Shown piece by piece: positions 32,136 to 44,910 of a DNA stretch of 64,000 nt. The stretch comes from Entomortierella parvispora E1425 (lineage: Eukaryota > Fungi > Mortierellomycota), in assembly GCA_020891255.1 (NCBI GenBank), contig BQFW01000001.1:1054001-1118000 (forward strand). Direction: 5' to 3'. Both the position numbers and the translations under genes were made by a program. Every line of letters starts with the position of its first letter. Within the stretch, counting starts at the first letter, position 1. Below the pieces are notes generated by a model. That model was not told the origin of the DNA, made no database searches, and worked only from the letters and a program-made list of their open reading frames with translations.

Positions 32136-33935
32136 ATGCCGAAGCATAGGACAATATTTTCGGAGGACGACCTCATCGACTACCGCCATGACTGGGACTA
32201 CAGCAACGACGAAATCGAGGCTTTACCATCTGCCCCCCAAAGGCCCGCAGTGTTCAGGTCACATCCAAAGCCAAAGGCCGTCCATCTCCCAATGGAGATA
32301 TTGGCACTTATTCTCGACCACTGTAACCCAGTAACTATTTGGACTATCACATCGCTGGTTTGCCGACAGTGGTATCACGCCTCCAAGGCAAACCTTGGTT
32401 CTGCCTGTGTGTGGAAATATGGAAAGAGCGATGACCAACAGTTCTTGCTCACAATGAGGAATTCCAGACGGCTATTGTTACAACTGGCACACATCAAACC
32501 AGCTGGTCGATCCTCGTGGAAGCGCTTCCTGGATGCTATTTTGAAGCAATCAGAGGATGGACCTGACTCCTATCTGAATATTCAAGTGCTTGTGTGCACA
32601 AGCGATGAACATTTTGTTGATCCGTTGGGATCGCTCTTGACCCGCCTGCGATTCCTTCGTCGACTAGTCCTCCATGATGTCCATCTAGTCCTCACTTTAT
32701 CCGCCCTTTTCAAGCACTGCAGCTTCCTTCGGGACCTTTCAATTCATAGTTTCAAAGAAATTGCTTTCAGCGGACCAAGCGCCAACTCCTCGCACACTCA
32801 CCTTAATGCATTCGCATACACTGGGCCGGTCAGCGTGTCGGTTATCTTATGGCTTCTGCAATGCTGTCCCGAGTTGGAGAGGTTAAATTTGAATCTGGTG
32901 GGCCAATCAAACCTGAAAGGTATTTACACGACTGCCAGCAAATACTGCCGCAAGCTGCGAGAGATGATGATCTCTGAGAAAGTAGGGTACACCAATCGAC
33001 CAGCGAATCGTGATCCTGTGTGGGTGCTTCATCAGGAGCATACACCCCGGCTTACATCCATGGCTTTGTCAAGGAATGATTTCCAAGATGCTCCTCGCTG
33101 GGAGCCGGATCGAGTCGCCCGTAGAACCTTTCATGGTCTCACTCATCTTTCCGTCCCGAATGGAGAAGTTTTAGAAAAGGAGTTAGACTTGATCCTGCGA
33201 TGTGCACCCGCCCTTATCAGTCTTGATGCACCACACACAAGCTTTCAGTGGATGTTCACTCTTCGAGGGGAGCTTTCATGGTATGATATCGAAAGGATCA
33301 CAAATCGGAAACTGAAGCAACGGAACAAGGAAAAGACCAGACAAAGACGCCTCGATACCCGTAGAGGCATTGAGGATTATCCCATCAAAAATGACTGGCA
33401 GTGCAATGCTCTGCGAACACTTAGCATCCAAGCGCCATACAGGGATTGCTACATGAGGGCGAGAAGAAAAGACAACGTCGGGTTCTTTTACAAGTATCTG
33501 ATCGACCACTGCCCCAAAATAACGTGGCTCACCCTGAACTACCATTGTTTGGATATTGGGCAGCGGCTGTTACCCCATCCTCGACGGTTTGGACCCAAAG
33601 TCTCTATCAAGACGAGTAAACATCGAGCCTCTAACGACTTGCATCTTCTCCGAGGTCTCGAGAATTTGTTTGCTCTTACTCTGACCGCAGTATCTATTCC
33701 AGGCGTCCCGGTAGCGGAAGATCTTGCCTTTCTAAAACGACCCTCGGCACAAGCTAGACCCTCCGATCGAACAATGGACGAGGGATATGAGTTGCAGATA
33801 TGGCCACGATTGGTTTCTTTTAAGGTGCTCTACAAAGACAGTCCTCAAGTCCATCACAAGAGCGTCTTCAACTCACTGGTCGCAGATCTCAGGGACATGC
33901 GGCCTGAGGTTCATTTTGAAATCACTCAAATATAA
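32136..33935 (+). CDS. F-box-like / degenerate LRR protein, intronless
   Basis: Probable ATG 32136 (MPKHRTIFSEDDLIDYRHDWD). F-box-like LPMEILALILDHC..SLVCRQWY, CPELERLNL repeats, WQCNALRTLSI, WPRLVSF, MRPEVHF. Confidence 0.8.
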   Translation: MPKHRTIFSEDDLIDYRHDWDYSNDEIEALPSAPQRPAVFRSHPKPKAVHLPMEILALILDHCNPVTIWTITSLVCRQWYHASKANLGSACVWKYGKSDDQQFLLTMRNSRRLLLQLAHIKPAGRSSWKRFLDAILKQSEDGPDSYLNIQVLVCTSDEHFVDPLGSLLTRLRFLRRLVLHDVHLVLTLSALFKHCSFLRDLSIHSFKEIAFSGPSANSSHTHLNAFAYTGPVSVSVILWLLQCCPELERLNLNLVGQSNLKGIYTTASKYCRKLREMMISEKVGYTNRPANRDPVWVLHQEHTPRLTSMALSRNDFQDAPRWEPDRVARRTFHGLTHLSVPNGEVLEKELDLILRCAPALISLDAPHTSFQWMFTLRGELSWYDIERITNRKLKQRNKEKTRQRRLDTRRGIEDYPIKNDWQCNALRTLSIQAPYRDCYMRARRKDNVGFFYKYLIDHCPKITWLTLNYHCLDIGQRLLPHPRRFGPKVSIKTSKHRASNDLHLLRGLENLFALTLTAVSIPGVPVAEDLAFLKRPSAQARPSDRTMDEGYELQIWPRLVSFKVLYKDSPQVHHKSVFNSLVADLRDMRPEVHFEITQI

Positions 33936-34065
33936 TAGATGAAAGAACTTGGCGTATACAGGAATGGGTGGCATTGAAATACTGTAATAGGGTAGGAGCA
34001 AGCAGTTGGAAACTTGCTCTTAGACGAAATGGAAACGCTATGCCGGAAAGGGCGCCGCTCGATGA

Positions 34066-34087
34066 TTTTTTTTTTTTTTTTTTTTTT
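34066..34087 (+). repeat. Poly(T)22 tract in the intergenic region upstream of the ABCA gene
   Basis: 22 consecutive T read directly. Confidence 0.85.
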
Positions 34088-34540
34088 GCCAAGAATATGT
34101 CTACCATTGACACGAAAGAAGAAACGGGGCAAAGGCAAGGAACTCCACGTTGCAAAGCGTGGGTTCCCGCTTCACCACATGCACGATAGCCCACTTTTTG
34201 AGAGCTTCAATCCCTGGGTAACTTGCGATGATTTCCGAGCTCTCCGAACACAAGGGAAAGAAAAAAAGGCGGCTGTTGTTGTGGAGGAGTCGATGGTCCA
34301 AACAACACGACCAATTGAGCAATGAGTGCATCCAAAGTTCATTCCCCAGGCGCTGCACTTGAATAAATAAGCATCAAACTGGGTCAATCCCACTTCTCCG
34401 TCTTTCTTTCATTGTCCACTACTTCATCCTCGCTGTGCTGTCGTCCGGCACATCGTCCATCCCTTGTACCTTCTTGTTTTCTTCAATTACCAGGCTTCAG
34501 TTCTCTCCATCTACCCGATTGCAAACAGGCTTCGCAAACC

Positions 34541-37500
34541 ATGCTTCGTAATGGAAGCCCACAGCCATCGGCGCAACTAGCCCCTGACAACATATGCAAT
34601 AACAACGACGTCAGTAACCACATCACTTCCTCAGATTCGCACCCTCAAATTTCTATGACAGACCTCAAAACCTCGACCGATCTCAAAGTAGAGGTTTTTG
34701 AAGCTTTGCCTCAGCCTGTGGACTTCTCAGGTGTCACTCCCAGCACTCGGTATCAGGTCAGAGGATTGGCTCGAAGGGCTCTTTCGTACCATCGACGACA
34801 AAGATTTAGCAGCATCTTCTGTTTGGTTCTTTGGCCTATCCTTCTAGTGTTGATCTCATTTGCTATTTCGTCGTCTGGAAACAACACAGGGCTGATACGC
34901 TATTGCACAAACGAAGTGAACCCCCAGCTAGATCGCGCCTTTGATCTGAACTACGGGGGGTTCAAGCCTGAAGAGAATGGTGTTTATAACTCACCTGTAT
35001 ATCCAAGCGCATTCGGAGGCGAGGGGTACGTTAACATGCCCTGCGTTCGTTGGTTTGCGCAGTCCTACCCAACCAAGCAGCCCTACGAGAATAACACTCA
35101 CCCCGAGCAGCCAGACACGTAAGACAAACATCCTATCTTTGTAGAGGCAAGGAAGTGCAGTCAGTTGTAGCTTACATATTGTTACAGTGTTTACGTCCCT
35201 GCTCCAGATTTTGGTTGGTATAACTTGAGCTCAGCCAGTCACGCATATATGAAGGATTTCCCAGCATACCTCCAAGGATTTGGTGCGATTAACCAGTCCA
35301 CTTATATCAGCGCGGACAATGCAGACATTCTTAAGGTACTCGGCCCAGGTCTCAACATCAGGCGTGTCTTTATCTCAGATGTGTGGCCGCCTGTGGATGC
35401 CAACGGGACGGCCTATGCCATCGTCAACAATTCGGTGCCTGTCAATCTCCAAGAGGGACTCCTGGCAGCCATTCCGATTCGGTATGACTACGGCTCTCTT
35501 TATGTCAAGGTTAACGCCACAGCGCCAGATGGAGAAACCTATTGGACGTATAAAACGGTCAATCAGTTTACTGCAACACCTCTGTACTTGCCAGTCGAAA
35601 ACGAAAACGCGGTTCAGCAAGAAGTGCAAGACTGGGTCGCTTGGTACGGCAACCAATCATATATACCTGATCAAACGTTGCCTTTTGGAGGTGTTTCTGT
35701 TCATGACTTGGATCCTTTTCAAGCCAAGATAAGAATGACGATGCAATATGGCGTCTATGACAAAGGTCAAAGATACAGCTCGAATGCTCCAGTGGGGTCG
35801 GGTATTCGACAAATCATTACCATGACCCAAATGACACAGGCGATAACTCGACTAAAGTACGGGAACAACTTCACAATCTCTCAGGGCATTCGAGCGTTGC
35901 CTTACGAGTTTTCGTGGAGCAGGATGAATGGACAGAGCTTAAGCAAAGACTCGATGTTTATGTTTCCATTTGCACTCTCTTTTTTACTACCGACTTTTGT
36001 ATCCATTTTGGTCCAGGAGAAAGAAGATCGCCATCGGATGATGATGTCTATGGTAAAGACAGCATATGACTGAACTTTTTACATCTGTTACATACCGTTT
36101 AGTAACATTCTTGCTGAATCTCTTTTCCTTGACAACACGACAATATCTTATAGAACGGCCTGAAGTCTGGCTCTTACTACCTGGCTCACTATGCCGAGTT
36201 CATGACGATGCAGCTGATCTTGACCATGTTCTTCTCCCTAACCAATGTTGCAATCAAGTCTCTATTCATCACGAGGACGAACCCTGGAGTGACGATCATG
36301 CTTTTCCTGATCTGGGCCCATGTTCAGACGACTTTTGCATTTGCCTTGGCATCGTTTTTTTCAAAGACGCGCAAGGCGACTCTTGTGGTCTACTTTTTCG
36401 TCTCGCTGTCGGCTATCATGTCCAGCGCTGCCAGCCTGATCTTCGACAACGGCATTCCATTTGCATGGTTTATCCATCCTAGCTTCAACTTCTTTAATAT
36501 TCTGAACCAAGGCATCGTTCAGTCCTCACTCCTGAGCGGAAACTACCCCATGTCAATCATAGACTTTGCTTCTGGCACCTTGATGTTCAGGTGCCTGTTG
36601 ATGCTGCTGGGGGAGAGTATCTTTTTCATCCTTGTTGCTTTGTAAGGCGTTGCTTGATACTCCAGAACAGACATGACTCTTATCATTATCAGACCAACTC
36701 ATCAGCTCCGCTTCTTTTACTCCTTCAGATATGTCGACGCCGTGGTTCCCTCTGAGTATGGTGTGCATCGCCCATGGCACTTCCCTATCACTGGGTGGTT
36801 CAAATCTTCATCCAAAGCGACTGTTCGTGATCCAGAATCGAGCCTTGCGCGTAGTCGACTCAAGGCATCCAGCGATGAAGATACCGAGTCCTTGGATGGT
36901 GGTGATGCTGATGTGCACGAAGAGCGCAATAAGGTCTCGACCCGTTACGATCCAGAAATAACACCTCTGATCATTAACAATCTCTATCATCGATACCCCG
37001 GCAAGGTCGAGGCGGCTCTCCGTGGCATGTCCTTTGGTGTCGAGGCCAATACGGTTTTGGGGCTCTTGGGTCCCAACGGCGCCGGAAAGTCGACCTTGAT
37101 TCATTTGTTGACTGGTCTTTATGAGCCCACATCCGGCACAGCCTCCGTTGCCGGAGCCAATATCCGCACGGACATGCACCTCGTCCACAGTCGAATGGGC
37201 GTTTGCCCTCAACACGATATTCTCTGGGGTGATTTGACAGTGGCTGATCATTTGCTTTTCTACGCTCGTCTGCGTGGTATCCCTCCTGCACTTGAACAGC
37301 AGGCTGTGACCTATGCCATTGCGTCGGTCTCTATGTCAAAATTCAGAGATCGTCAGGTTAAAGGCTTGTCGGGAGGCGAGAAACGCCGTGTTTCGATCGC
37401 AATTGCACTCTTGGGTGATAACAGGGTCATCTTCTTGGACGAACCCTCGACTGGACTGGACCCGGCGATCAGACGAGTTATCTGGGATATTATCAACCGA

Positions 37501-38007
37501 GTCAAGATTAACAGGACCGTCATCCTTACTACACACTCCATGGAAGAGGCCGACATCCTTTCGGATCGGATTGCTATCATGACTGCTGGCCGTTTGCGCT
37601 GTATCGGCACTAGTTTGCATCTCAAGGATCTTTATGGTTCCGGTTTCCGCTTGAACATCACTTCCAAACCAGGTCGACTGGATGAAGCTTGTCAGAGTGT
37701 CGAAGAGAAATTGATGAAGCCCGCGGGAACACGTTATAGACGAACGGACAAGTTCACAAACGCAAGTGTCTTTGACTTTGATGTTGGGTCGCCGTCTATG
37801 CTCGATCCTTCTGCAATCTCCAATGAGAAACAGGCTAGGGGGCAGCTTTCCACTTTGTTCCACTACATGTCGCAGCCAGACATCTTTCCAGCCATTGAGG
37901 ACTGGGGTGTCAGTCAGACCACGCTCGAGGACGTCTTCGTCAAGATTGTCACCGACGCTGACACAAGTCTTGTTGTACCCCCAATTGTTCAAGCAGATCA
38001 AGTTTAG
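34541..38007 (+). CDS. Half-size ABCA-subfamily transporter (TMD with large extracellular loop plus one NBD), 4 exons
   Basis: Exons 34541-35118, 35189-36052, 36154-36641, 36729-38007. Motifs LVQEKEDRHRMMMSM|NGLK..YY, Walker A GPNGAGKST, GVCPQHDILW, signature LSGGEKRRVSIAIAL, Walker B FLDEPSTGLDP, LTTHSMEEA, C-terminal SQTTLEDVF. Confidence 0.93.
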
Positions 38008-38085
38008 CTAGCTCATCAGTGAAGCTCACAAAAACAATAAAAAACCCAAGCCAAGTGTTTATTTTCATAAAGAACTTTTGATCTA

Positions 38086-39509
38086 CTAGAGCGATGCTTT
38101 TTGAACGGGCACGATCATGTATCCGTTTCTAGGAAAGTGGATTACCACTTCAACAGAATTCAAGGGCTCTGGGCGGATGCTCACTCTGCGCGAAGTGATC
38201 TCAACAATCTCTCCTCGAACCGGAACCTTTCCATAGTCGTTTGGAGTCACGGTCACGATTTCACCCACCCTTCGCTTCTCTTCTGCATGCACCTTCTCAC
38301 CCGTGGGGATAAACCCTTTGTCGGGTCGCGCTGCCGCGGCTTTCGCCACCTCCAATGCCTCCTCGCCCGTAAACTTGACACGGTCCTGGGTTGGGTGAGC
38401 ATGAATCTTCATATATGCCTTCATCTGTGAAAACCATGCGAAAATATGAGGGTAGGCCGTCTTGTTCACGTATTCTGGAGCACGGCCGGTCATCAACAAC
38501 CAATGAATTTTTCCAAAAACACTGATATCAGCAGCAGAGGGTTTGACAGTTCCTAAGACCCATCCTCCTTCAACTGGACGGACTGCGGGAGGGGGAGGGG
38601 ACTGCTGGTGTCTCTGGAAGGTCTCCATAGGCCCTTGTAAGGTCTGCTCCAAGGTGTCCAAGTTGGATAACAGCTGATCCAAGAGGAAGGGCTGTGCTTT
38701 TCTGATGGCCTCCGTGTTGATGGGTCGGCCTCCAGAGAGCTTTGATCGATCAGAAAGAAAAGCTGCATTCCCGAAAGCCGCGTGCAGTGGGCTCGCCTTC
38801 TGTTCCTCAGGAGTAGCGCCCCATGGCATTTGGTCTCTCACATTTCCAAATAACAGCTTCTAGCAGAGAGAAAAAGAATAAAAGATTTGGTCGGTATCGA
38901 CAGGGATTAATTAACGTTTGCGATGTGCGATCATCGACCCGATTCGCTCGATTGGCTCTCGTCATTCTCTTTCTCTATCTTGGTACACCACATCGAATCG
39001 AATCCCACATCGCGGACTCTCTTTCTCTTCCAGTGGACTGGGATGGCTCACTTACATCCACCCAGGCGGACACCATATCAGAGAGGCCGCTGACATGGAC
39101 AGCCTCATCTCCAGGGTAGCGCCGTTCAAGTTCGTCCAAGATTACAGCTGTATCGCAGTACACGTTGTTGCCAATCTGCATGACAGGGATGCGCCGGTAG
39201 CCGTGAGTTAATGGTTCTAACAACCTGACCAACAGACAAAGGTGGTTGTAGTGAATAAAAGAAGGAAAAAATCCAGGAAGACAGGTTTTACAGGTAACTT
39301 CTTACGGTCGTGGCAGCATATTTGATGTTATGACCGAGTACCAAGGTAAACCCTTGACACGAAGAGCTGTGGTAATCTTCTCCGCATAGGGGGACCCTGG
39401 GGCAGGAGAGAGGAGAGGGAGAGGTAAATAGTTTGGACAGTTATAATCATGAAGTCCAGCTCTGGCGTTTACCGATATAGTGGTGAAGAATGATCTCCGG
39501 CTGAAACAT
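38086..39509 (-). CDS. Glutathione S-transferase-like protein (Ser-type SPY site), 4 exons
   Basis: Spliced MFQPEIILHHYI|GSPYAEKITTALRVKGLPW..NMLPRP, PLTHGYRRIPVMQIGNNVYCDTAVILDELERRYP, N-cap PSAADISVF, YPHIFAWF, and a C-terminal VTVTPNDYGKVPVRG..IHFPRNGY extension. Confidence 0.85.
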
Positions 39510-39817
39510 AACGATAGTTTGAGGAGGAAGGGGAGGAAGATAGGAAAAGAGATTGGTTGTGAAAAGAAAGACGGAATAGCAAAGAGGCGGAGGGAAGGAA
39601 GGCGCGAAAAATGAAAAGAGGCAAAATACCCCCCCCCCCCAATAAAAAAGGAGGGCGACCCTCAATTCGAAATGTGCACTCGGTCTCTACTACTCCACAT
39701 ATCCCGAAATGATGGAAAAAAATGCTTTTGTTCAACTAAATACGCCCTATGTTTGATCTAATCTCAAAAACGAGCTGTGCCTTCGGCCTCCCTTGTCTTT
39801 GTATCCTCTTCAAACCA

Positions 39818-41298
39818 TTACTCGTCATCGTCGCTGATCTCCACGTCCTCCTCTCCTGCGATAAGATCGCCATCGACGGTCATATTGCTCATGTCTCGGT
39901 TGATCCGTGCCTCCAGCTCTTCGGGCGACTCATCCTGATCCACTTCGCGAGTATACTTGGAGAAATCGAAAACGTCATCGCCATCATCATCCTCATCGGC
40001 ACCAGCAATCTCGGGGTTGAAGTCGAACAATTCCCTTCCAGAGAACTGCAGCATCTTTCCAGCCTTAAACGCAGCCTCCTTGGCCTTGCGCTTAGCCTGC
40101 TCCTCTTGTTCGACACGATCAGCACGAGTCTTCTTCCAGGCAGCAAAGGTCTCTACTGTCACAGGCGTGAGGTTCTTGCCCAGCTTGTGACGCTCCTTCT
40201 CCAAGAACTCTTCGATCGAGATGACTTCCTTGTTAGCCTCGGCTCTCAACTCGGCCTTGGTCTTCAAGATGAAGCCTGGAGGCAAAGCGTGGCGATATTT
40301 ACACTGAGTACCGCCGTTAGGGCAATCCCAGAACCAACCGTACTTTTGGTTCTCGATAGCCTCCAAGAAGAACTTGCACACAATATCGGTTGTAGTAGCG
40401 GCAGGGTTTCCCTTTCCAGCCTTTGATGTGACGACATCCTCCAACTTTTTCTGATCCCACTTGTCCATGGTATCTATTGGTCAACAAAAGTGGCACGGAC
40501 ACATGGTCAGTAGACTAATTTTGAGCATAGATTCTCCTCCTTTTCCGAGATTTTTTTCCCAATCGCCTGCGCCTCCTTTCCATGGGGGTTGAATTGCACA
40601 TACCGTTCTTCTTTTCCTCATCACGGTTATCAGTGTAAAGATCCCTCTTGGTAGTCTTGCGCTCAATGTTGAGGTCGTGGGAGAACTTGCACTTGTCTCC
40701 CTTTGTACAGGTTCCAGCCTTGTGGAAAGCACAAAGAATGGTTTTGGGGTTGACGCCGAAGGGAACCTTCTGCTGCACATGAATGGGCTTGAACAAATCC
40801 ACGAGCTCATCCTTCTTTGCCTGTTCAGCCTTCTTGCGATCGATGATGGCCTGCTTTTCGCGATCCCTCTCAATCTGTGAGTGTATTGTGTTCCGATGAA
40901 GCCAGCAAAGTGTTGTCGCGATTGAACAAGTGGTCAGTCGGTTGATATGGACGTTTGTTGTTGTTTAAAGGCGGTAGTTGAGTAGGCAGGTAGTAGTTGA
41001 GAGTTGAAAGTTGAGTTTGATTCAGGAGTCAATTGGAGTTAACATAAAAAGATTGAAGAGCCAAAAAGCTTCAGTTAGTATTTACTCTCATTGCTAATAT
41101 GGCATTTCCTTAGTGGAGAAGGGTGTCAGAAAAAGTTGACTGTACCATGTCCTTTCTGGACTGACCGGCATGCATAGCCTGGTTCTTGACGGTCTCGACA
41201 TAACGGCCAACCTTTGCGGACTTATTCTTGTTCTTCAGTCCAAATGTCTTGTCCTCGACAATCTTCTTCTTCTCTCCGGTGAGCTTCTTTGGTGGCAT
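39818..41298 (-). CDS. TMA46: Translation machinery-associated protein 46 / ZC3H15 (DFRP1), tandem CCCH zinc fingers, 3 exons
   Basis: Exons 41298-41146, 40874-40604, 40473-39818. Motifs [90 protein letters not shown]. Confidence 0.95.
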
Positions 41299-41457
41299 GG
41301 TGATGGAGTGGGTGTTGGATATGGAATGGGGAGATCGGTTGTCAGATCACTCTGATGATTGCCTCCTGGATGTCAATGTCGAGGAATGAAAAAAGATGAA
41401 TTACTGAATCGCTGTGGACAGTCTGATTGCACCAGCATCAAGAAGACAAACAATGCG

Positions 41458-41465
41458 CACGTGAT
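41458..41465. promoter_or_regulatory. CACGTGAT (reverse ATCACGTG) E-box upstream of TMA46
   Basis: About 160 bp upstream of ATG 41298. Confidence 0.4.
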
Positions 41466-41524
41466 GATTTATTATGTGACTGTGATTACTGGTTGGTGGC
41501 GCTGATGTGTTAAACTTCTTGCTT

Positions 41525-43279
41525 TCAAGAGCGTTTCTTTGTCTTGCGAATGAGGAATGTGAGCAAGAACGCAAATCCAAGGATAGGGGTCAGAACTGTG
41601 AAAAGGAACTTGAACGAGTCGGTGTACGCTTGGATGACCTCAATCCTGACATCATCAGGTAACTCTGCAACAGCGTTCATGTTCTCAACAACATCAAGTT
41701 TCTCGATCAGTTGTTGCGTGGTCGTAGGAAGTTTTTCCAGGTTTCGAGCGAGACCGTTATTAAATACGGCGGCACAGACTGCGACTCCGATCGCACCACC
41801 GATGCTGTTGGCAAATCCAACCAGAGCCGTGGCGACGGCCACATCCTTGGGGCCGGCATGTTCTTGAGAAGCGAGCATCACGTTCTGAAAGATGAAGCCT
41901 TGGCCCAGACCCATTAGAATGACAATACCGACTTCCATACCAACTGATGTGTCTTGCTTCCACAGGTTCAGCAAACCAACACCGGTAGTCATGACGCCCG
42001 TGCCAAAAGCAAGGAACACGCGAACATCCTTGATTTTCCTCATCAAAGCGGATGAGATAAAGGTGCTGAAAACGATACCGACGACATTAGGCATGAGACG
42101 AAGACCGGAACTTGTGGTTGTAGCATTCTGAACGACTTGGAAAAACAAAGGAATGTAGAAAGTGCACCCCATGAACACCAAACCCACCAACGTGTTGATG
42201 GTCAACAATAGGGCAACATCTCGGTTTGAGAGCAATGCAATGGGGATAACAGCATTCTCTTTAGCTTTGTTTTCCACAATGACCATCATGACCATCAGAA
42301 CAATAAAGACGCAGAATAAGGAAATGATGACGGCCGAGTTCCAGGGATAGGTAGTGCCACCCCAAGTCAATGGCAAAAGCAGGCAAACGACAGTCGCGAT
42401 GATGAAAAGAACACCAAGGTAGTCGACTTGGGCCAACTGAGAGCGAAGATTGGCTCGCTCAAATGGAATGCGGTGAAAATAAGAGATGAGGCTAATGGCT
42501 AGTGCACACAGAGGCAAGTTGATGTAGAAGCACCAGCGCCAGGTAGAATGCTGCACAAACGCGCCCCCGAGGAAGGGACCAACAACACTTGAAATGCCGA
42601 GAGCCGCATAGGCAATGCTTTGGTACTTGGCGCGCTCTGCAATGTCATCAAACATATCAGAGAGGATGATCATCACCATCGACCCAAGACCAGCTCCACC
42701 TACGCCCTTTGCAGCCCGGAAAAGAATGAGCATCGTCATGGAGCTGGCAGCACCGCATCCAATGGACCCGAGAAAGAAGATGCTGCAGGCGAATAGAATG
42801 ACGACTTTACGGCCAAAAATATCAGAAAAGCGGCCATACAATGGCGAGAAGGCATTGAAGGTCAAGAGATACGCGGTGGCGACCCAGGACATTTGCGACT
42901 GAGCATTGAAATCGGATGCAATGCGAGGAAGGGCGGCGGCAATAATGCTGATGTCCAGCGTAGAGAGAAAGGTACAAATAGACAGTCTAGGTAGCAAGCA
43001 CAATCAATGATCAATAACACGTCGATTTCTCATCAAAACCGGCTGTTCAAGTCCTTTAAAGTGAAAAACATACCCAAAGAGAAAAAGCGCTAGGCGTAAT
43101 CCCGACATGCCATTCACACTGTGGTTGCTTTCAACTTTTTGTACTTCGATGTCCTTTTCTCCATAGTTTAAGGTATTTTCTTGGAAGAGAGGACCTTTGC
43201 CTAAGACGCCTTCCAGAGTGTCGGCGCCATTGCAGTTGGTAGTAGTGGTCGAAGAACGAGTAGAACTTGTCTCGAGCAT
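41525..43279 (-). CDS. MFS drug:H+ antiporter, DHA2 (14-TMS) family, 2 exons
   Basis: Exon 1 43279-43074, exon 2 42986-41525 (FG|LSICTFLSTLDISII). Motifs WVATAYLL, motif A GRFSDIFGRK, motif C GVGGAG, GPFLGGAF..WRWCFYINLP. Confidence 0.93.
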
Positions 43280-43791
43280 TTTTTGGGAGTTCGAAGGATT
43301 GGGTTATTACGAGGAGAGACAAGGAACAGTGAGGATACAAGAAAGGGGCAGGTTGCTAGGTAGACTGCATGATTGTGTTCTCGACAGACGTTTAATCCAG
43401 ACCTATATAAATAGCTCATCCGCAATCCGGGGATATCCTCCGTGAGAGATTACTTGGACGCTAGAGCCGCAGCTGAGAGAACCTTTATTAAGAAACTGCG
43501 AGCAAAATCTTAAAATCGTCCAAGCCCCATCTTGCCAAAAGTCCAATAACTCCAATGGAGGGATCACAGACGTTTAGCGTTACTCACTAGGAGGTACATG
43601 CACTAGGGGCACCTCCTGCCGCATTGATGGATCAGTCAGAGGGAGCGCTTTTTTAGACCTTGATACGGTTGATGGCACCATCGCACCCGATCCACTGACG
43701 CCATCTATCTATCCCTTTTTCTATTTTTCTTTTGTTTTTTTTGTTTTTAAGAACATCTGAGAAGCTATAGCGTTCTACACTCCGTCCCCTT

Positions 43792-44674
43792 TCAATTCTT
43801 ATGAAGGGGCTTGCGCGCCTCGATCAAGAAACGAGTTGTGTGCGCGACAAAAGATCCGTGGGTTTGAATGTACTGATGCATCGCCTTCAACTTGTCTTCA
43901 TATTTTTCAACAGTAAATCCAGGAACCATCCAAACGACCTTTCTCAAAAAGTGAACAATGGCACCCACATCATAGAACTCGGTCCTTAGCTTCGCAGATT
44001 GGATCGAGACCACCTCCAATCCTGCAGCCTCAGCTTCCTCTCTAGCCGTTTCAGGCCGACGGCCTTTGCTCGCTTCGGGCTGTGGTCCCAGAAAGAACTC
44101 GACGACTTCAAAAACACTACGGGGGCCAACGTGTTGCGCAAAGTAGGTACCACCAGGGCGCAGAATTCGAGCAATGTCTTGCCAGTGTACTATAGAAAAA
44201 GAAAAAAAAAAGATGCAGGCTGTTACTGACTGTATCCATTTTTTGAAAAGGGGGAGGGAAACAAAGGCGGCGAACTTGCGACATACCTTTGACAGGGTGA
44301 CGGGAGACAACAAGGTCAAACGCTTCGTCACCAAATGGGAGTGGGGGCTCATCTTTATCAACGACCACAACTACACCACGAGTTCCCAAAAGTTTGGTAG
44401 CAATTGCCACATTTGGTGGCCAGGACTCCGTTGCAGCGATCAATGTTGGGAACTTTTCAACTTTCGCAAGTACCTCGCCTCCACCTGTTTGGATATCGAG
44501 TCCAGCAGCTGCTTTTCCCATACGATCACTCATGGCTTTGGCATAACCCCAGCCGGGTCTTTCTTCTGTGGCACGACCTTCAAACCACGAAAAATCCCAT
44601 CCATCGACGGAGGATGTGTTTCCGTCCTCAATTAGCTCTTCATAGCTAAGATGTGCCTTTGAGCTCTTGGACAT
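43792..44674 (-). CDS. Class I SAM-dependent methyltransferase of bacterial type, 261 aa, 2 exons
   Basis: Exon 1 44674-44287, intron 44286-44190 (GTATGT..CAGTAAC..TAG, 97 nt), exon 2 44189-43792; total 786 nt. SAM motif LDIQTGGGEVL; LPFGDEAFDLVVSRHP|VKVHWQDIARILRPGGTYF. Confidence 0.92.
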
Positions 44675-44910
44675 TGTGCAGTGTCTTCTCTAGTGGCCGT
44701 CAGAGGGTGAAATAGTGTGTTCAAGCAGAGTCTGATCAAACCCAGGTTACTGAGGAGGAGGTATGGGAAGCAAAGGATGATGAAGGAAATAAAGAAAGAA
44801 ATCGGGAGGACAGCGGACAGGTTACTGTTGGCGAAGGCAGTCACGAAGTGCAAACTGCGCCCCTGTTCTTTAACTGTGTTACATATCACAATGGAAGTTT
44901 ATTGTCCAGT

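Noticed and set aside
41350-41505. TGATGA...CTGA pairs resembling box C/D snoRNA
   Set aside because: No terminal stem, poor spacing, no recognised rRNA guide, and located antisense in the TMA46 promoter.
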